From assembly GCA_964016885.1 (NCBI GenBank), contig OZ024743.1, positions 360,654,001 to 360,718,000 on the forward strand: a stretch of 64,000 nucleotides of DNA, in the 5' to 3' direction. Positions 13,247 to 26,348 of the stretch are shown piece by piece (position 1 is the first letter of the stretch; the number at the start of each line of letters is the position of its first letter). The DNA comes from Eledone cirrhosa (Eukaryota). The notes under the pieces were generated by a model. That model saw nothing but the letters and a program-made list of their open reading frames with translations, was not told the origin of the DNA and made no database searches. The position numbers and the translations under genes are program-made.

Positions 13247-14190
13247 CATACATACATAAATACATACATAAATTCATATGTATGTATTCTGATATCTGCA
13301 TATATTCATACATACATACATATATACATACATATGTATACATGTATGTGTGCATATATGTATGACATTTTAATTTTAATGATGCTGTATCTAAAATATT
13401 TTGAAGTTATAGAAAACGGTATTCTCTTTTAGTTGCATTTATTATGAATTTTTGAAATCGAAAAATTACATAATTTTCATTATAAATGCTCTTTTGGTTC
13501 ATCAAAGCGTTTCGAAACAATTCATTTTTAGGCAATAAATATTTCCTGTCATTTCCAGTATTTCGGCAATTGTCATTTAAATGGCTTTGGCGAATGTATC
13601 AATAACCAATATCAAATCAAATAAGTTTGATATGAAATATTACATAAGAATTAAGTGAATTCAATGATGTATTGAGTATCAAATGCTTTCAATTAAATCA
13701 TGTTTTCAATGATTTCTTTTAAATCTTGTATCAAGTAAATGGACATCATTTCTTAGCACAGATTATAAATGATTTGGCATAATATTGACTGTTATCTAGA
13801 CAACTATAGAAACGCAAATGTATTTAAATATATGCATAGATACAATGATGCATACGAGAATGCAAGAATCTTTGTGTTACTGAAGAAGTAGAGCAAAGAA
13901 TGTACACATTATATATGTATATATGGATAAATTGATAAAAACAGAAAACATTCGTTTGTGCAAGAACCACTTTATCTGTGTGTTCATTGACTACAGCTAT
14001 TTTATGTTATATAAATACTTGACTCACCAAAACCCAATATGTATATGAGGCAATTTAGAAACTATTAACTGATGCATCACTGTCTGATAAAATGTTATTG
14101 TAAAGATTCCGAATAATTTCGCTTCAGATGTTTTGTTTGGTAACGATAAGGCTTTTACTTTGCTTATTGTTGTTGTTTATTTATTTATTT

Positions 14191-14228
<38 letters not shown>

Positions 14229-14731
14229 GCCCTATGATTAAAATATCAAAAATTATATCGCATTCCCTATTTTAATGTTCGGTTATTTATGATAACAAGC
14301 GTCGAGACATATTTGTGTATATTTTGATTGCCTAAATGTATTTCGATTGAAGTATTTGCCGAACATAACGGTACATTATTCCATATATTTATTCTAAAAG
14401 TTATAGCATTTTCTCTTCATTTCTAGGGAACATATACTCCATAGTTATATATTACATATATATATATTACAGACAGTGAAATAAATTTGATATACATGTC
14501 ACAAACACACTTGCACATACATAGCCCCATGTATATACATACATATATATATATACATATATACATACACACATAATCACTCACGTACACACGCATATAT
14601 ATATGTATTATAATGAGCCGGGACACGACGGCTGAGGTCTTGCCATTTCAACAGCTAGTTTGAGAGTAATTGTTTTACTACATTTAAAGTGGTTCTATCC
14701 TAATATATATATATATATATATAAATATATA

Positions 14732-14789
14732 TAAATGTAAGTATGTATGTATACGTACATACATATATGTAACAAGACGTACAGTAGCA

Positions 14790-14863
<74 letters not shown>

Positions 14864-15145
14864 CATACAGGTACACATACATATATGTACGTATCAGTTT
14901 AGCGGACGCTTATTATAGCGCCCGCTTTGTTCGTTTGTAAACAAACTGAACAGCCTGAATTTATGCCGCACGGTGTTAAGGCAACCACGTCACCTTTTTG
15001 TTCAACACTGACACAGGAACGATGTACTAGTTTCAAGCTTGTTAGCTATCATCAGCACCGTATACCCATCTGCCAGAGAGTTGAACGTTCGTAAGTAAGT
15101 GCCGTACTAAGATTGAGAAATGAAATTTCGTTTTCATTTTATTAC

Positions 15146-15148
<3 letters not shown>
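14732..15148 (-). mobile_element. Dispersed, internally inverted copy of the 466-bp HHR repeat family
   Basis: Matches the array unit; HHR at 15018-15062; 15092-15148 is the unit terminus in the opposite orientation; flanked by (TA)n. Confidence 0.88.
15018..15062 (-). ncRNA. Minimal type I hammerhead ribozyme (466-bp family)
   Basis: acggtg-CUGAUGA-uAGCUaacaAGCUu-GAAAC-UA-GUA-catcgt. Confidence 0.75.
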
Positions 15149-15238
<90 letters not shown>

Positions 15239-15299
15239 AATATATATGCAATATAAGCAAAAACAAAAAGTAAGAAGGCAAGCGGCACTGTACGATAAA

Positions 15300-16320
15300 G
15301 AAATACATTAGTTTTACGCTTAATATAGCAGTAATAACGTCTTAACGATTCGGACACAACTTTTCATCAAAATATAGAATAAGAAATTAAAGAAGAAATA
15401 TAAAGATAGAGGAAATTGAGAAGGGCAGAAACGAAAAAAGATTCTTCCATAAAAAGCAGGTCTGTTCATTTCGCCATCTGTAGAAAAACTAATAGGAGCG
15501 TGAAGATACCTGTGTCTAGATTTAGGTGTGTTTGTTTGTTGGTTTTCTGTATAAAGCTGTGAGGATGTGCGTTTCTGATTGAATCAAAGGCGCTAATTTG
15601 TGCGTGGGTTATATCGGACGATGTAAGTAGGAAAATGGCTAGGGCTGTAAAGGTTCGCGTGAGGCAGAAGTGTGCAAGGGTAAATAGTATTTAAAGAAAG
15701 TGTGAAGGGGATTTGAGTCCATTGGGCAAACTGGATCCAAGGCAGAAAATCAACCTCCGCTCAATCCTGGTTGGTGAGGTCAGTGAACGTGAATGAAAAG
15801 GACATCAAGTACCGAGACATATAGAGAGGGGTGGCCTGAGGAATGAAAAAGATGAGCGATGGGGGGTAACTCTGCCAAATGATATGACCCTCAAGTGTTC
15901 AGCCAGACGGTGGCCTGTTTCTCCGATGTATAGGAACCTGCAAAGGAAACAGTGGAAGCGATAGAAAACGTGGGTGGATGTAAAAGTGAAAGACTGCCGC
16001 ATATGGAAAGAACCGTTAGTACCTGTGATAGTGGCAATTGGATTTAGAATTGAAGGGAGAGGTGTTTGATTGGGGGCGAGAACAGGGAGCCAGTGCAGTC
16101 CTAGGGGAGCAGGGAAGGAAATGTACACCAATAGATCGCGTAGACTACGGGTGCGCTTAAAGGCGGTGATGTTTGGGTTAGGAAAGATGAAAGTTTTGGG
16201 GGCGGTCGTGTGATGAGAGAACTGGTACGATCGATTTCACGGGCATAGGAGAGGCAAACTTGGATCAGGTTGGGCGATATCCATGCTGGATGAAGTAGGG
16301 GGCCATTAGTGTAACACACC
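15300..16320 (-). mobile_element. PLE relic: GIY-YIG endonuclease and 3' region (Neptune-like)
   Basis: FTFTSTHVFYRFHCFLCRFLYIGETG..LAEH; QFAQWTQI resembles the PxGLN terminus. Confidence 0.75.
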
Positions 16321-16929
16321 CGCAGACGTCAATGAGTCTAAAGTTATATCTGCTCAGCCGAACAGCAGGAGGTCAAAACAAATGTAGGTATGTCGGAGGA
16401 CCTGTTTAAAGAGCGTTTCCTTAACTACCAGACGACCTTTAGACACCATGATAAGCGATCACCCATGAAGCTGCTAAGCCACATATTGCCCCTCAACGTT
16501 GCAGACGTTAATTTCTCGATTCAATAGTCAGTTCTAACCGAGGCAATACGGAAATATAACGGTGTCCAGTAAGATACGCATTCATAAATGAGTGAATATC
16601 ATGCAGAGGTTACGTAACAGTACATGCCGTATCACGTGAGCCGGTGTTTTAATCCTGCTCCCAGGCTTCGAATTTTATTTTACGTAACTAGAATCAGGAT
16701 AACCAGAAGTTTAAACCGAACTGAACTACCTCAAGCTAACTTCCTTCAAAAATTGTTCCTCTTACTAAGTGATTTGCTCCTTTTTCCTCAAACTACCGAC
16801 ATCTCTCGCGCGGAATCCAACAAGTTCTATATACTTCCGTTCCCACTGTAACCATATACGGGTTAAAAAATCCTTTGTAAGAAACAAATGTAGTGGAACG
16901 TGATTTCTAATTTATTGTGGAACTAACCG

Positions 16930-16930
<1 letters not shown>
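16320..16930 (+). mobile_element. PLE 3' relic (GIY-YIG C-terminal half)
   Basis: VGMSEDLFKERFLNYQTTFRH..LLSHI..FSIQ; ends at (CT)n(TA)n. Confidence 0.6.
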
Positions 16931-17017
<87 letters not shown>

Positions 17018-17377
17018 TAAACGGAATAGAAAATGCCGACAAATTGTTCACAGTTGAAAAATGGTTTAATTAGGAATAAAAGAGTATTAGTGATTGTATG
17101 GGTTAGTATTCAGTTGTGGTTTTAAGTTTTTAAGTTTTTACCGGTTGCGCATTTCTAAATGCTTTTCAAAAATAATTTTGAGATAGAGTGTCCGTGCTGT
17201 TTGCTCTGATCTGATTAGTTTTGGGAATTCTACCTGTTTTTATGTTAAAAAAGTGGCTCCAGCGTTATTTTTGTGTTGCAAAAATGCTTGTGGTCAAAAC
17301 AATTTTGATTGGTCGGTAGAGGTCATGTGAATGTAAAAAGTTGATTTTGCGGCAAGACTGTTTTTATGTTAAAATGT

Positions 17378-17418
<41 letters not shown>

Positions 17419-17752
17419 GGGGTAACAAATTATTGTTATAGGTAGTCCACTTAAGTGTAGTCCAGTTATGGTACTCCGGGTAGTGGATGATATCAACGCT
17501 TGGCTAAGTTTGACTCAACAAGGCGTTTCCATAGTGATGTTGCGAGTACATTATAATAAATGTTCGGTAAACCCATACGTACATATATATATGTCTGCAT
17601 GTATGTATATATATACATACTACTGTACGACTGTATACATATATGTATGTACGTATACATACTTGTATTCAAGTATCAGCCGTACTAAGAGTGAGAAATT
17701 TCATTTCATATGATTCTTATCCATATATATATATATACATATATATATATAC

Positions 17753-19240
<1,488 letters not shown>

Positions 19241-19286
19241 GTGTGTATGTATGTGTTGTGTATATGTGTATATATGTATATATATA

Positions 19287-19323
<37 letters not shown>

Positions 19324-19620
19324 TGAAACAAAATGAAAACGAAATTTCATTTCTCACTCTTAGTATGGCACTTACTTAAATGTAAGTATGCATGTATACG
19401 TACATACATATATGTATACAGACGTACAGTAGCATGCACATATATATATATATATACATATATACATACATATGCATACAGGTACACATACATATATGCA
19501 CGTATCAGTTTAGCGGCGCTAACGTCGCTTTGTTCGTTTGTAAACAAACTGAACAGCCTGAATTTATGCCATACGGTGTTAAGGCAACCACGTCACCTTT
19601 TTGTTCAACACTGACACAGG

Positions 19621-19665
19621 AACGATGTACTAGTTTCAAGCTTGTTAGCTATCATCAGCACCGTT
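19621..19665 (-). ncRNA. Minimal type I hammerhead ribozyme, unit 1
   Basis: aacggtg-CUGAUGA-uAGCUaacaAGCUu-GAAAC-UA-GUA/catcgtt; 7-bp stem I; palindromic ACUAGU stem III; predicted cut 19628/19627. Confidence 0.8.
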
Positions 19666-20088
19666 TACCCATCTGCCAGATAGTTGAACGTTCGAAAGTA
19701 TATACTTTCCTTATGAAAATTAACGGCTGAGCAGCCTAATTTGCATATTGAGTGAGTTAAATCGGTCAGGCATACCGAAAACGATAAATTGAGACAAAAT
19801 GAAAACGAAATTTCATTTCTCACTCTTAGTATGGCACTTACTTAAATGTAAGTATGCATGTATACGTACATACATATATGTATACAGACGTACAGTAGCA
19901 TGCACATATATATATATATATATACATATATACATACATATGCATACAAGTACACATACATATATGCACGTATCAGTTTAGCGGCGCTAACGTCGCTTTG
20001 TTCGTTTGTAAACAAACTGAACAGCCTGAATTTATGCCATACGGTGTTAAGGCAACCACGTCACCTTTTTGTTCAACACTGACACAGG

Positions 20089-20133
20089 AACGATGTACTA
20101 GTTTCAAGCTTGTTAGCTATCATCAGCACCGTT
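20089..20133 (-). ncRNA. Hammerhead ribozyme, unit 2
   Basis: Identical to unit 1 motif. Confidence 0.8.
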
Positions 20134-20554
20134 TACCCATCTGCCAGATAGTTGAACGTTCGAAAGTATATACTTTCCTTATGAAAATTAACGGCTGAGC
20201 AGCCAAATTTGCGTATTGAGTGAGTTAAATCGGTCAGGCATACCGAAAACGATAAATTGAAACAAAATGAAAACGAAATTTCATTTCTCACTCTTAGTAT
20301 GGCACTTACTTAAATGTAAGTATGCATGTATACGTACATACATATATGTATACAGACGTACAGTAGCATGCACATATATATATATATATACATATATACA
20401 TACATATGCATACAGGTACACATACATATATGCACGTATCAGTTTAGCGGCGCTAACGTCGCTTTGTTCGTTTGTAAACAAACTGAACAGCCTGAATTTA
20501 TGCCATACGGTGTTAAGGCAACCACGTCACCTTTTTGTTCAACACTGACACAGG

Positions 20555-20599
20555 AACGATGTACTAGTTTCAAGCTTGTTAGCTATCATCAGCACCGTT
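20555..20599 (-). ncRNA. Hammerhead ribozyme, unit 3
   Basis: Identical to unit 1 motif. Confidence 0.8.
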
Positions 20600-21022
20600 T
20601 ACCCATCTGCCAGATAGTTGAACGTTCGAAAGTATATACTTTCCTTATGAAAATTAACGGCTGAGCAGCCTAATTTGCATATTGAGTGAGTTAAATCGGT
20701 CAGGCATACCGAAAACGATAAATTGAGACAAAATGAAAACGAAATTTCATTTCTCACTCTTAGTATGGCACTTACTTAAATGTAAGTATGCATGTATACG
20801 TACATACATATATGTATACAGACGTACAGTAGCATGCACATATATATATATATATATACATATATACATACATATGCATACAAGTACACATACATATATG
20901 CACGTATCAGTTTAGCGGCGCTAACGTCGCTTTGTTCGTTTGTAAACAAACTGAACAGCCTGAATTTATGCCATACGGTGTTAAGGCAACCACGTCACCT
21001 TTTTGTTCAACACTGACACAGG

Positions 21023-21067
21023 AACGATGTACTAGTTTCAAGCTTGTTAGCTATCATCAGCACCGTT
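21023..21067 (-). ncRNA. Hammerhead ribozyme, unit 4
   Basis: Identical to unit 1 motif. Confidence 0.8.
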
Positions 21068-21488
21068 TACCCATCTGCCAGATAGTTGAACGTTCGAAAG
21101 TATATACTTTCCTTATGAAAATTAACGGCTGAGCAGCCAAATTTGCGTATTGAGTGAGTTAAATCGGTCAGGCATAACGAAAACGATAAATTGAAACAAA
21201 ATGAAAACGAAATTTCATTTCTCACTCTTAGTATGGCACTTACTTAAATGTAAGTATGCATGTATACGTACATACATATATGTATACAGACGTACAGTAG
21301 CATGCACATATATATATATATATACATATATACATACATATGCATACAGGTACACATACATATATGCACGTATCAGTTTAGCGGCGCTAACGTCGCTTTG
21401 TTCGTTTGTAAACAAACTGAACAGCCTGAATTTATGCCATACGGTGTTAAGGCAACCACGTCACCTTTTTGTTCAACACTGACACAGG

Positions 21489-21533
21489 AACGATGTACTA
21501 GTTTCAAGCTTGTTAGCTATCATCAGCACCGTT
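21489..21533 (-). ncRNA. Hammerhead ribozyme, unit 5
   Basis: Identical to unit 1 motif. Confidence 0.8.
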
Positions 21534-21954
21534 TACCCATCTGCCAGATAGTTGAACGTTCGAAAGTATATACTTTCCTTATGAAAATTAACGGCTGAGC
21601 AGCCTAATTTGCATATTGAGTGAGTTAAATCGGTCAGGCATACCGAAAACGATAAATTGAGACAAAATGAAAACGAAATTTCATTTCTCACTCTTAGTAT
21701 GGCACTTACTTAAATGTAAGTATGCATGTATACGTACATACATATATGTATACAGACGTACAGTAGCATGCACATATATATATATATATACATATATACA
21801 TACATATGCATACAAGTACACATACATATATGCACGTATCAGTTTAGCGGCGCTAACGTCGCTTTGTTCGTTTGTAAACAAACTGAACAGCCTGAATTTA
21901 TGCCATACGGTGTTAAGGCAACCACGTCACCTTTTTGTTCAACACTGACACAGG

Positions 21955-21999
21955 AACGATGTACTAGTTTCAAGCTTGTTAGCTATCATCAGCACCGTT
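21955..21999 (-). ncRNA. Hammerhead ribozyme, unit 6
   Basis: Identical to unit 1 motif. Confidence 0.8.
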
Positions 22000-22420
22000 T
22001 ACCCATCTGCCAGATAGTTGAACGTTCGAAAGTATATACTTTCCTTATGAAAATTAACGGCTGAGCAGCCAAATTTGCATATTGAGTGAGTTAAATCGGT
22101 CAGGCATACCGAAAACGATAAATTGAAACAAAATGAAAACGAAATTTCATTTCTCACTCTTAGTATGGCACTTACTTAAATGTAAGTATGCATGTATACG
22201 TACATACATATATGTATACAGACGTACAGTAGCATGCACATATATATATATATATACATATATACATACATATGCATACAGGTACACATACATATATGCA
22301 CGTATCAGTTTAGCGGCGCTAACGTCGCTTTGTTCGTTTGTAAACAAACTGAACAGCCTGAATTTATGCCATACGGTGTTAAGGCAACCACGTCACCTTT
22401 TTGTTCAACACTGACACAGG

Positions 22421-22465
22421 AACGATGTACTAGTTTCAAGCTTGTTAGCTATCATCAGCACCGTT
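22421..22465 (-). ncRNA. Hammerhead ribozyme, unit 7
   Basis: Identical to unit 1 motif. Confidence 0.8.
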
Positions 22466-22886
22466 TACCCATCTGCCAGATAGTTGAACGTTCGAAAGTA
22501 TATACTTTCTTTATGAAAATTAACGGCTGAGCAGCCTAATTTGCATATTGAGTGAGTTAAATCGGTCAGGCATACCGAAAACGATAAATTGAGACAAAAT
22601 GAAAACGAAATTTCATTTCTCACTCTTAGTATGGCACTTACTTAAATGTAAGTATGCATGTATACGTACATACATATATGTATACAGACGTACAGTAGCA
22701 TGCACATATATATATATATATACATATATACATACATATGCATACAGGTACACATACATATATGCACGTATCAGTTTAGCGGCGCTAACGTCGCTTTGTT
22801 CGTTTGTAAACAAACTGAACAGCCTGAATTTATGCCATACGGTGTTAAGGCAACCACGTCACCTTTTTGTTCAACACTGACACAGG

Positions 22887-22931
22887 AACGATGTACTAGT
22901 TTCAAGCTTGTTAGCTATCATCAGCACCGTT
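22887..22931 (-). ncRNA. Hammerhead ribozyme, unit 8
   Basis: Identical to unit 1 motif. Confidence 0.8.
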
Positions 22932-23352
22932 TACCCATCTGCCAGATAGTTGAACGTTCGAAAGTATATACTTTCCTCATGAAAATTAACGGCTGAGCAG
23001 CCTAATTTGCATATTAAGTGAGTTAAATCGGCCAGGCATACCGAAAACGATAAATTGAAACAAAATGAAAACGAAATTTCATTTCTCACTCTTAGTATGG
23101 CACTTACTTAAATGTAAGTATGCATGTATACGTACATCCATATATGTATACAGACGTACAGTAGCATGCACATATATATATATATATACATATATACATA
23201 CATATGCATACAGGTACACATACATATATGCACGTATCAGTTTAGCGGCGCTAACGTCGCTTTGTTCGTTTGTAAACAAACTGAACAGCCTGAATTTATG
23301 CCATACGGTGTTAAGGCAACCACGTCACCTTTTTGTTCAACACTGACACAGG

Positions 23353-23397
23353 AACGATGTACTAGTTTCAAGCTTGTTAGCTATCATCAGCACCGTT
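23353..23397 (-). ncRNA. Hammerhead ribozyme, unit 9
   Basis: Identical to unit 1 motif. Confidence 0.8.
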
Positions 23398-23638
23398 TAC
23401 CCATCTGCCAGATAGTTGAACGTTCGAAAGTATATACTTTCCTTATGAACATTAACGGCTGAGCAGCCTAATTTGCATATTGAGTGAGTTAAATCGGTCA
23501 GGCATACCGAAAACGATAAATTGAAACAAAATGAAAACGAAATTTCATTTCTCACTCTTAGTATGGCACTTACTTAAATGTAAGTATGCATGTATACGTA
23601 CATACATATATGTATACAGACGTACAGTAGCATGCACA

Positions 23639-23670
<32 letters not shown>

Positions 23671-23728
23671 CATATATACATGCATATGCATACAGGTACA
23701 CATACATATATGCACGTATCAGTTTAGC

Positions 23729-23868
23729 GCCGCTAAACTGATACGTGCATATATGTATGTGTACCTGTATGCATATGTATGTATATATGTATATATATAT
23801 ATATATGTGCATGCTACTGTACGTCTGTATACATATATGTATGTACGTATACATGCATACTTACATTT
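23729..23868 (+). repeat. Inverted partial unit capping the array (fold-back)
   Basis: agtttagcgc|cgctaaactgatacgtgc... is the reverse complement of about 23577-23728; followed by (TA)n. Confidence 0.9.
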
Positions 23869-23973
23869 ATATATATATATATATATATATATGTGTATAT
23901 AATTATATATATCTGTATGTATATGTATGTGTGTATATAATTGTATATATCTGTATGTATATGCATGTGTGTG

Positions 23974-24010
<37 letters not shown>

Positions 24011-24486
24011 TTATATGTGTGTGTGTATTTTTATTAAGGTGGTGACGTAACTTTTTGTATATATTTGTGTGTGTATATTAGTGTGTGTGTATGTGTATGT
24101 GTATTTTTATATATATGTATATAATTATATATAATAGCCGTCGAAACGGCTTGAGCTCTGCCGTCGGGGTTTTGCACATGTATGTTTAAACATACATGTA
24201 CAAAACCCCTTTTAAAGGGAGACTACTCCTTATCCACCTAACCATCACTTTTTGACATTAGAGATAGAATGGAATCTCTATACCATTTCCTGTCAGCTTG
24301 ACTTGGCAAGCTATTTAGAACACTGGATTAACCACTTTACTTCACTTCGAAGAAGAGATATTATCTCGAAAATTAAGGATATGGAAATAAATTTAAGGGA
24401 AAAGACTAATTGTGAACAATATCTTTTGCATTTGCATTTATATTCTATATCCATACCTGCATTGTCATGGCCTTATATATATATAT

Positions 24487-24666
24487 AGGAAAAGAGTCAG
24501 GACCCCGACTGCTGATCTCCGGCCGTTTCGACAGCAAGATACCGACTGAGTTCGGACCTAGCTGTCGAAACGGGCGAAGCTCAACCGTCGAGGTCCTAAC
24601 ACTTTTCCTATTACCTGCTTTACTCTGGTGCGTTATGGTCCACCTGGTATCTTACCAAACATTCTT

Positions 24667-24670
<4 letters not shown>
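24487..24670. repeat. Short fold-back pseudo-LTR-like family; related copies at 24135-24172 and 26346-26590
   Basis: Shared gccgtcgaaacggc..gagctc..ccgtcggggtcctga, internally inverted, inserted in (TA)n. Confidence 0.65.
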
Positions 24671-24720
<50 letters not shown>

Positions 24721-24829
24721 GTAGATCACCGGTGGGTTATATCCGTAGTAATAGTAGGGCGCTCAGTCGATGGGCCGAGTTTGGTAGAAGTAATTCCACA
24801 ACAGTTAGTTCACCATTACCGAGAACAAT

Positions 24830-25986
24830 AGTTTCACCTTATAATGTAGCTTTAAATGTAACTACTAACTTTAATAGCGTAGATTACTGGGACATAAGTT
24901 TAGATCTACACATACACACCTTTAGACCCTTCCATAAACTAATTGAAAAGCTAAATTACATACATAAGGACTCATGCCGGCCACCTACAGTTTTCAGAAA
25001 CTTTGTGAATAATATCGGCGATAGAATCTCTAACCTCTCCTCGAATAAAGCAATATTTGACAGAGCGGTACGCTAATACAACGCGGCGTTAGCTAACAGC
25101 GGCTTCTCGCAACCAATTTCTTACTCCCCTTCTAACGCCAACAACAATAGGAAAAGAAATCGTGCTCACAGAAAAATAATTTGGTTCTCCCCTCCCTTCC
25201 CACTCAACGTTAAAACTAATATATGTCAAAGATTTTTAGATAGATGATTCCACCATTGGTCACAAATAGCGCTCCATCTGTAACAGAGACAGGCTGAAGC
25301 TAGGATAATTCTCTTGTGCTAAGAATATGAAGGTCCACATCACCAACAGAAGGCCTGAAGCTTGTCCTCTTCAATAACAATGTAACACAACCGCTGTTAT
25401 TTACGAAGCTGTGGTCTCTTCTAACCGACCAATTCAACAACAAGAGGTCAAATCCTATGTGCGGAGGTTTAAGGAAAGCTCCTTAAATAATATTTCGACC
25501 TTCAGATACAGGACAAACTATCGTCCACGAAGCTCGCGAGCCACGTATGGTCTCTCAAGGACACATGCGTGGATTACTCCATTCAATGGAAAGTTATTAC
25601 TAAGTCTAAGCTATACAGAAATGGGAATCCATCTTTTGGGCTGTGCATTGAAGAATATTTCAAAATCCCGAGAAGTTTGTGTAATAGCGCCTGTCTAAAT
25701 TTAAGGAATGAATTTTTTCATGTTGTCCAAACGTCAGGAGACGAGTACTACGTAATTACAAAGCTCCAGATTGACTAACACGAACACTCTATAATATTGT
25801 GGACTGAATAACATGAATGATCTATTATTCTTTTGAGTATCCACATTCGTCTCCCTTGAAGCGATATATCGGCGGTTTACCCCCCCCCCCCCCCCCTTGC
25901 CGTCTAACCTCATTTAAACCGAGCTGATGATCCGAATAAGTTGAAACAATTGTTCTCGGTAATCGTGAACTAACTGTTGTGTAACT

Positions 25987-25990
<4 letters not shown>
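24830..25990 (+). mobile_element. Degenerate PLE 3' half (RT thumb + GIY-YIG + pseudo-LTR), related to the 40.7-kb element
   Basis: VDYWDISLDL..FRPFHK, RISNLSSN, IIWFSPPF, CPL, YSIQWKVI, LCIEE and LNLRNEF motifs. Confidence 0.8.
25918..25960 (+). ncRNA. Minimal hammerhead ribozyme with decayed stem II
   Basis: accgag-CUGAUGA-uccgaauaaguu-GAAAC-AAUU-GUU-ctcggt. Confidence 0.6.
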
Positions 25991-26078
<88 letters not shown>

Positions 26079-26286
26079 GTATATATGAGCCGGATGAACA
26101 CAGATATAAGTATACATGTGTTCCAATTGCAAATGACCAAGTTAGCTAGGTTGAAAAAATACAATTTAAAACAATATGGTTTGCCCTCCCTCTCATATAT
26201 CCAATTATATTACACGGCTCGGAAAGATTCCCTTCTTTGAGCTACCTAATTGTAGAAGACTATTTTGAGATATAACTCAATCTATG

Positions 26287-26348
<62 letters not shown>

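Larger units (their letters stand above)
19321..23728 (-). repeat. Tandem array of 9 full + 1 partial 466/468-bp non-coding units, each full unit with a hammerhead ribozyme (retrozyme-like)
   Basis: Recurring ORF starts at 19333, 19799, 20267, 20733, 21201, 21667, 22133, 22599, 23065, 23531; near-identical units. Confidence 0.95.

Noticed and set aside
19321-23728. CRISPR-like array
   Set aside because: Whole units repeat with no unique spacers; eukaryotic context and no cas genes
19333-23902. Repeated 60-123 aa ORFs in the array as a tandem gene family
   Set aside because: Low-complexity Y/I/H/T translations of TA/CA repeats, with frames broken by 2-bp slippage between units
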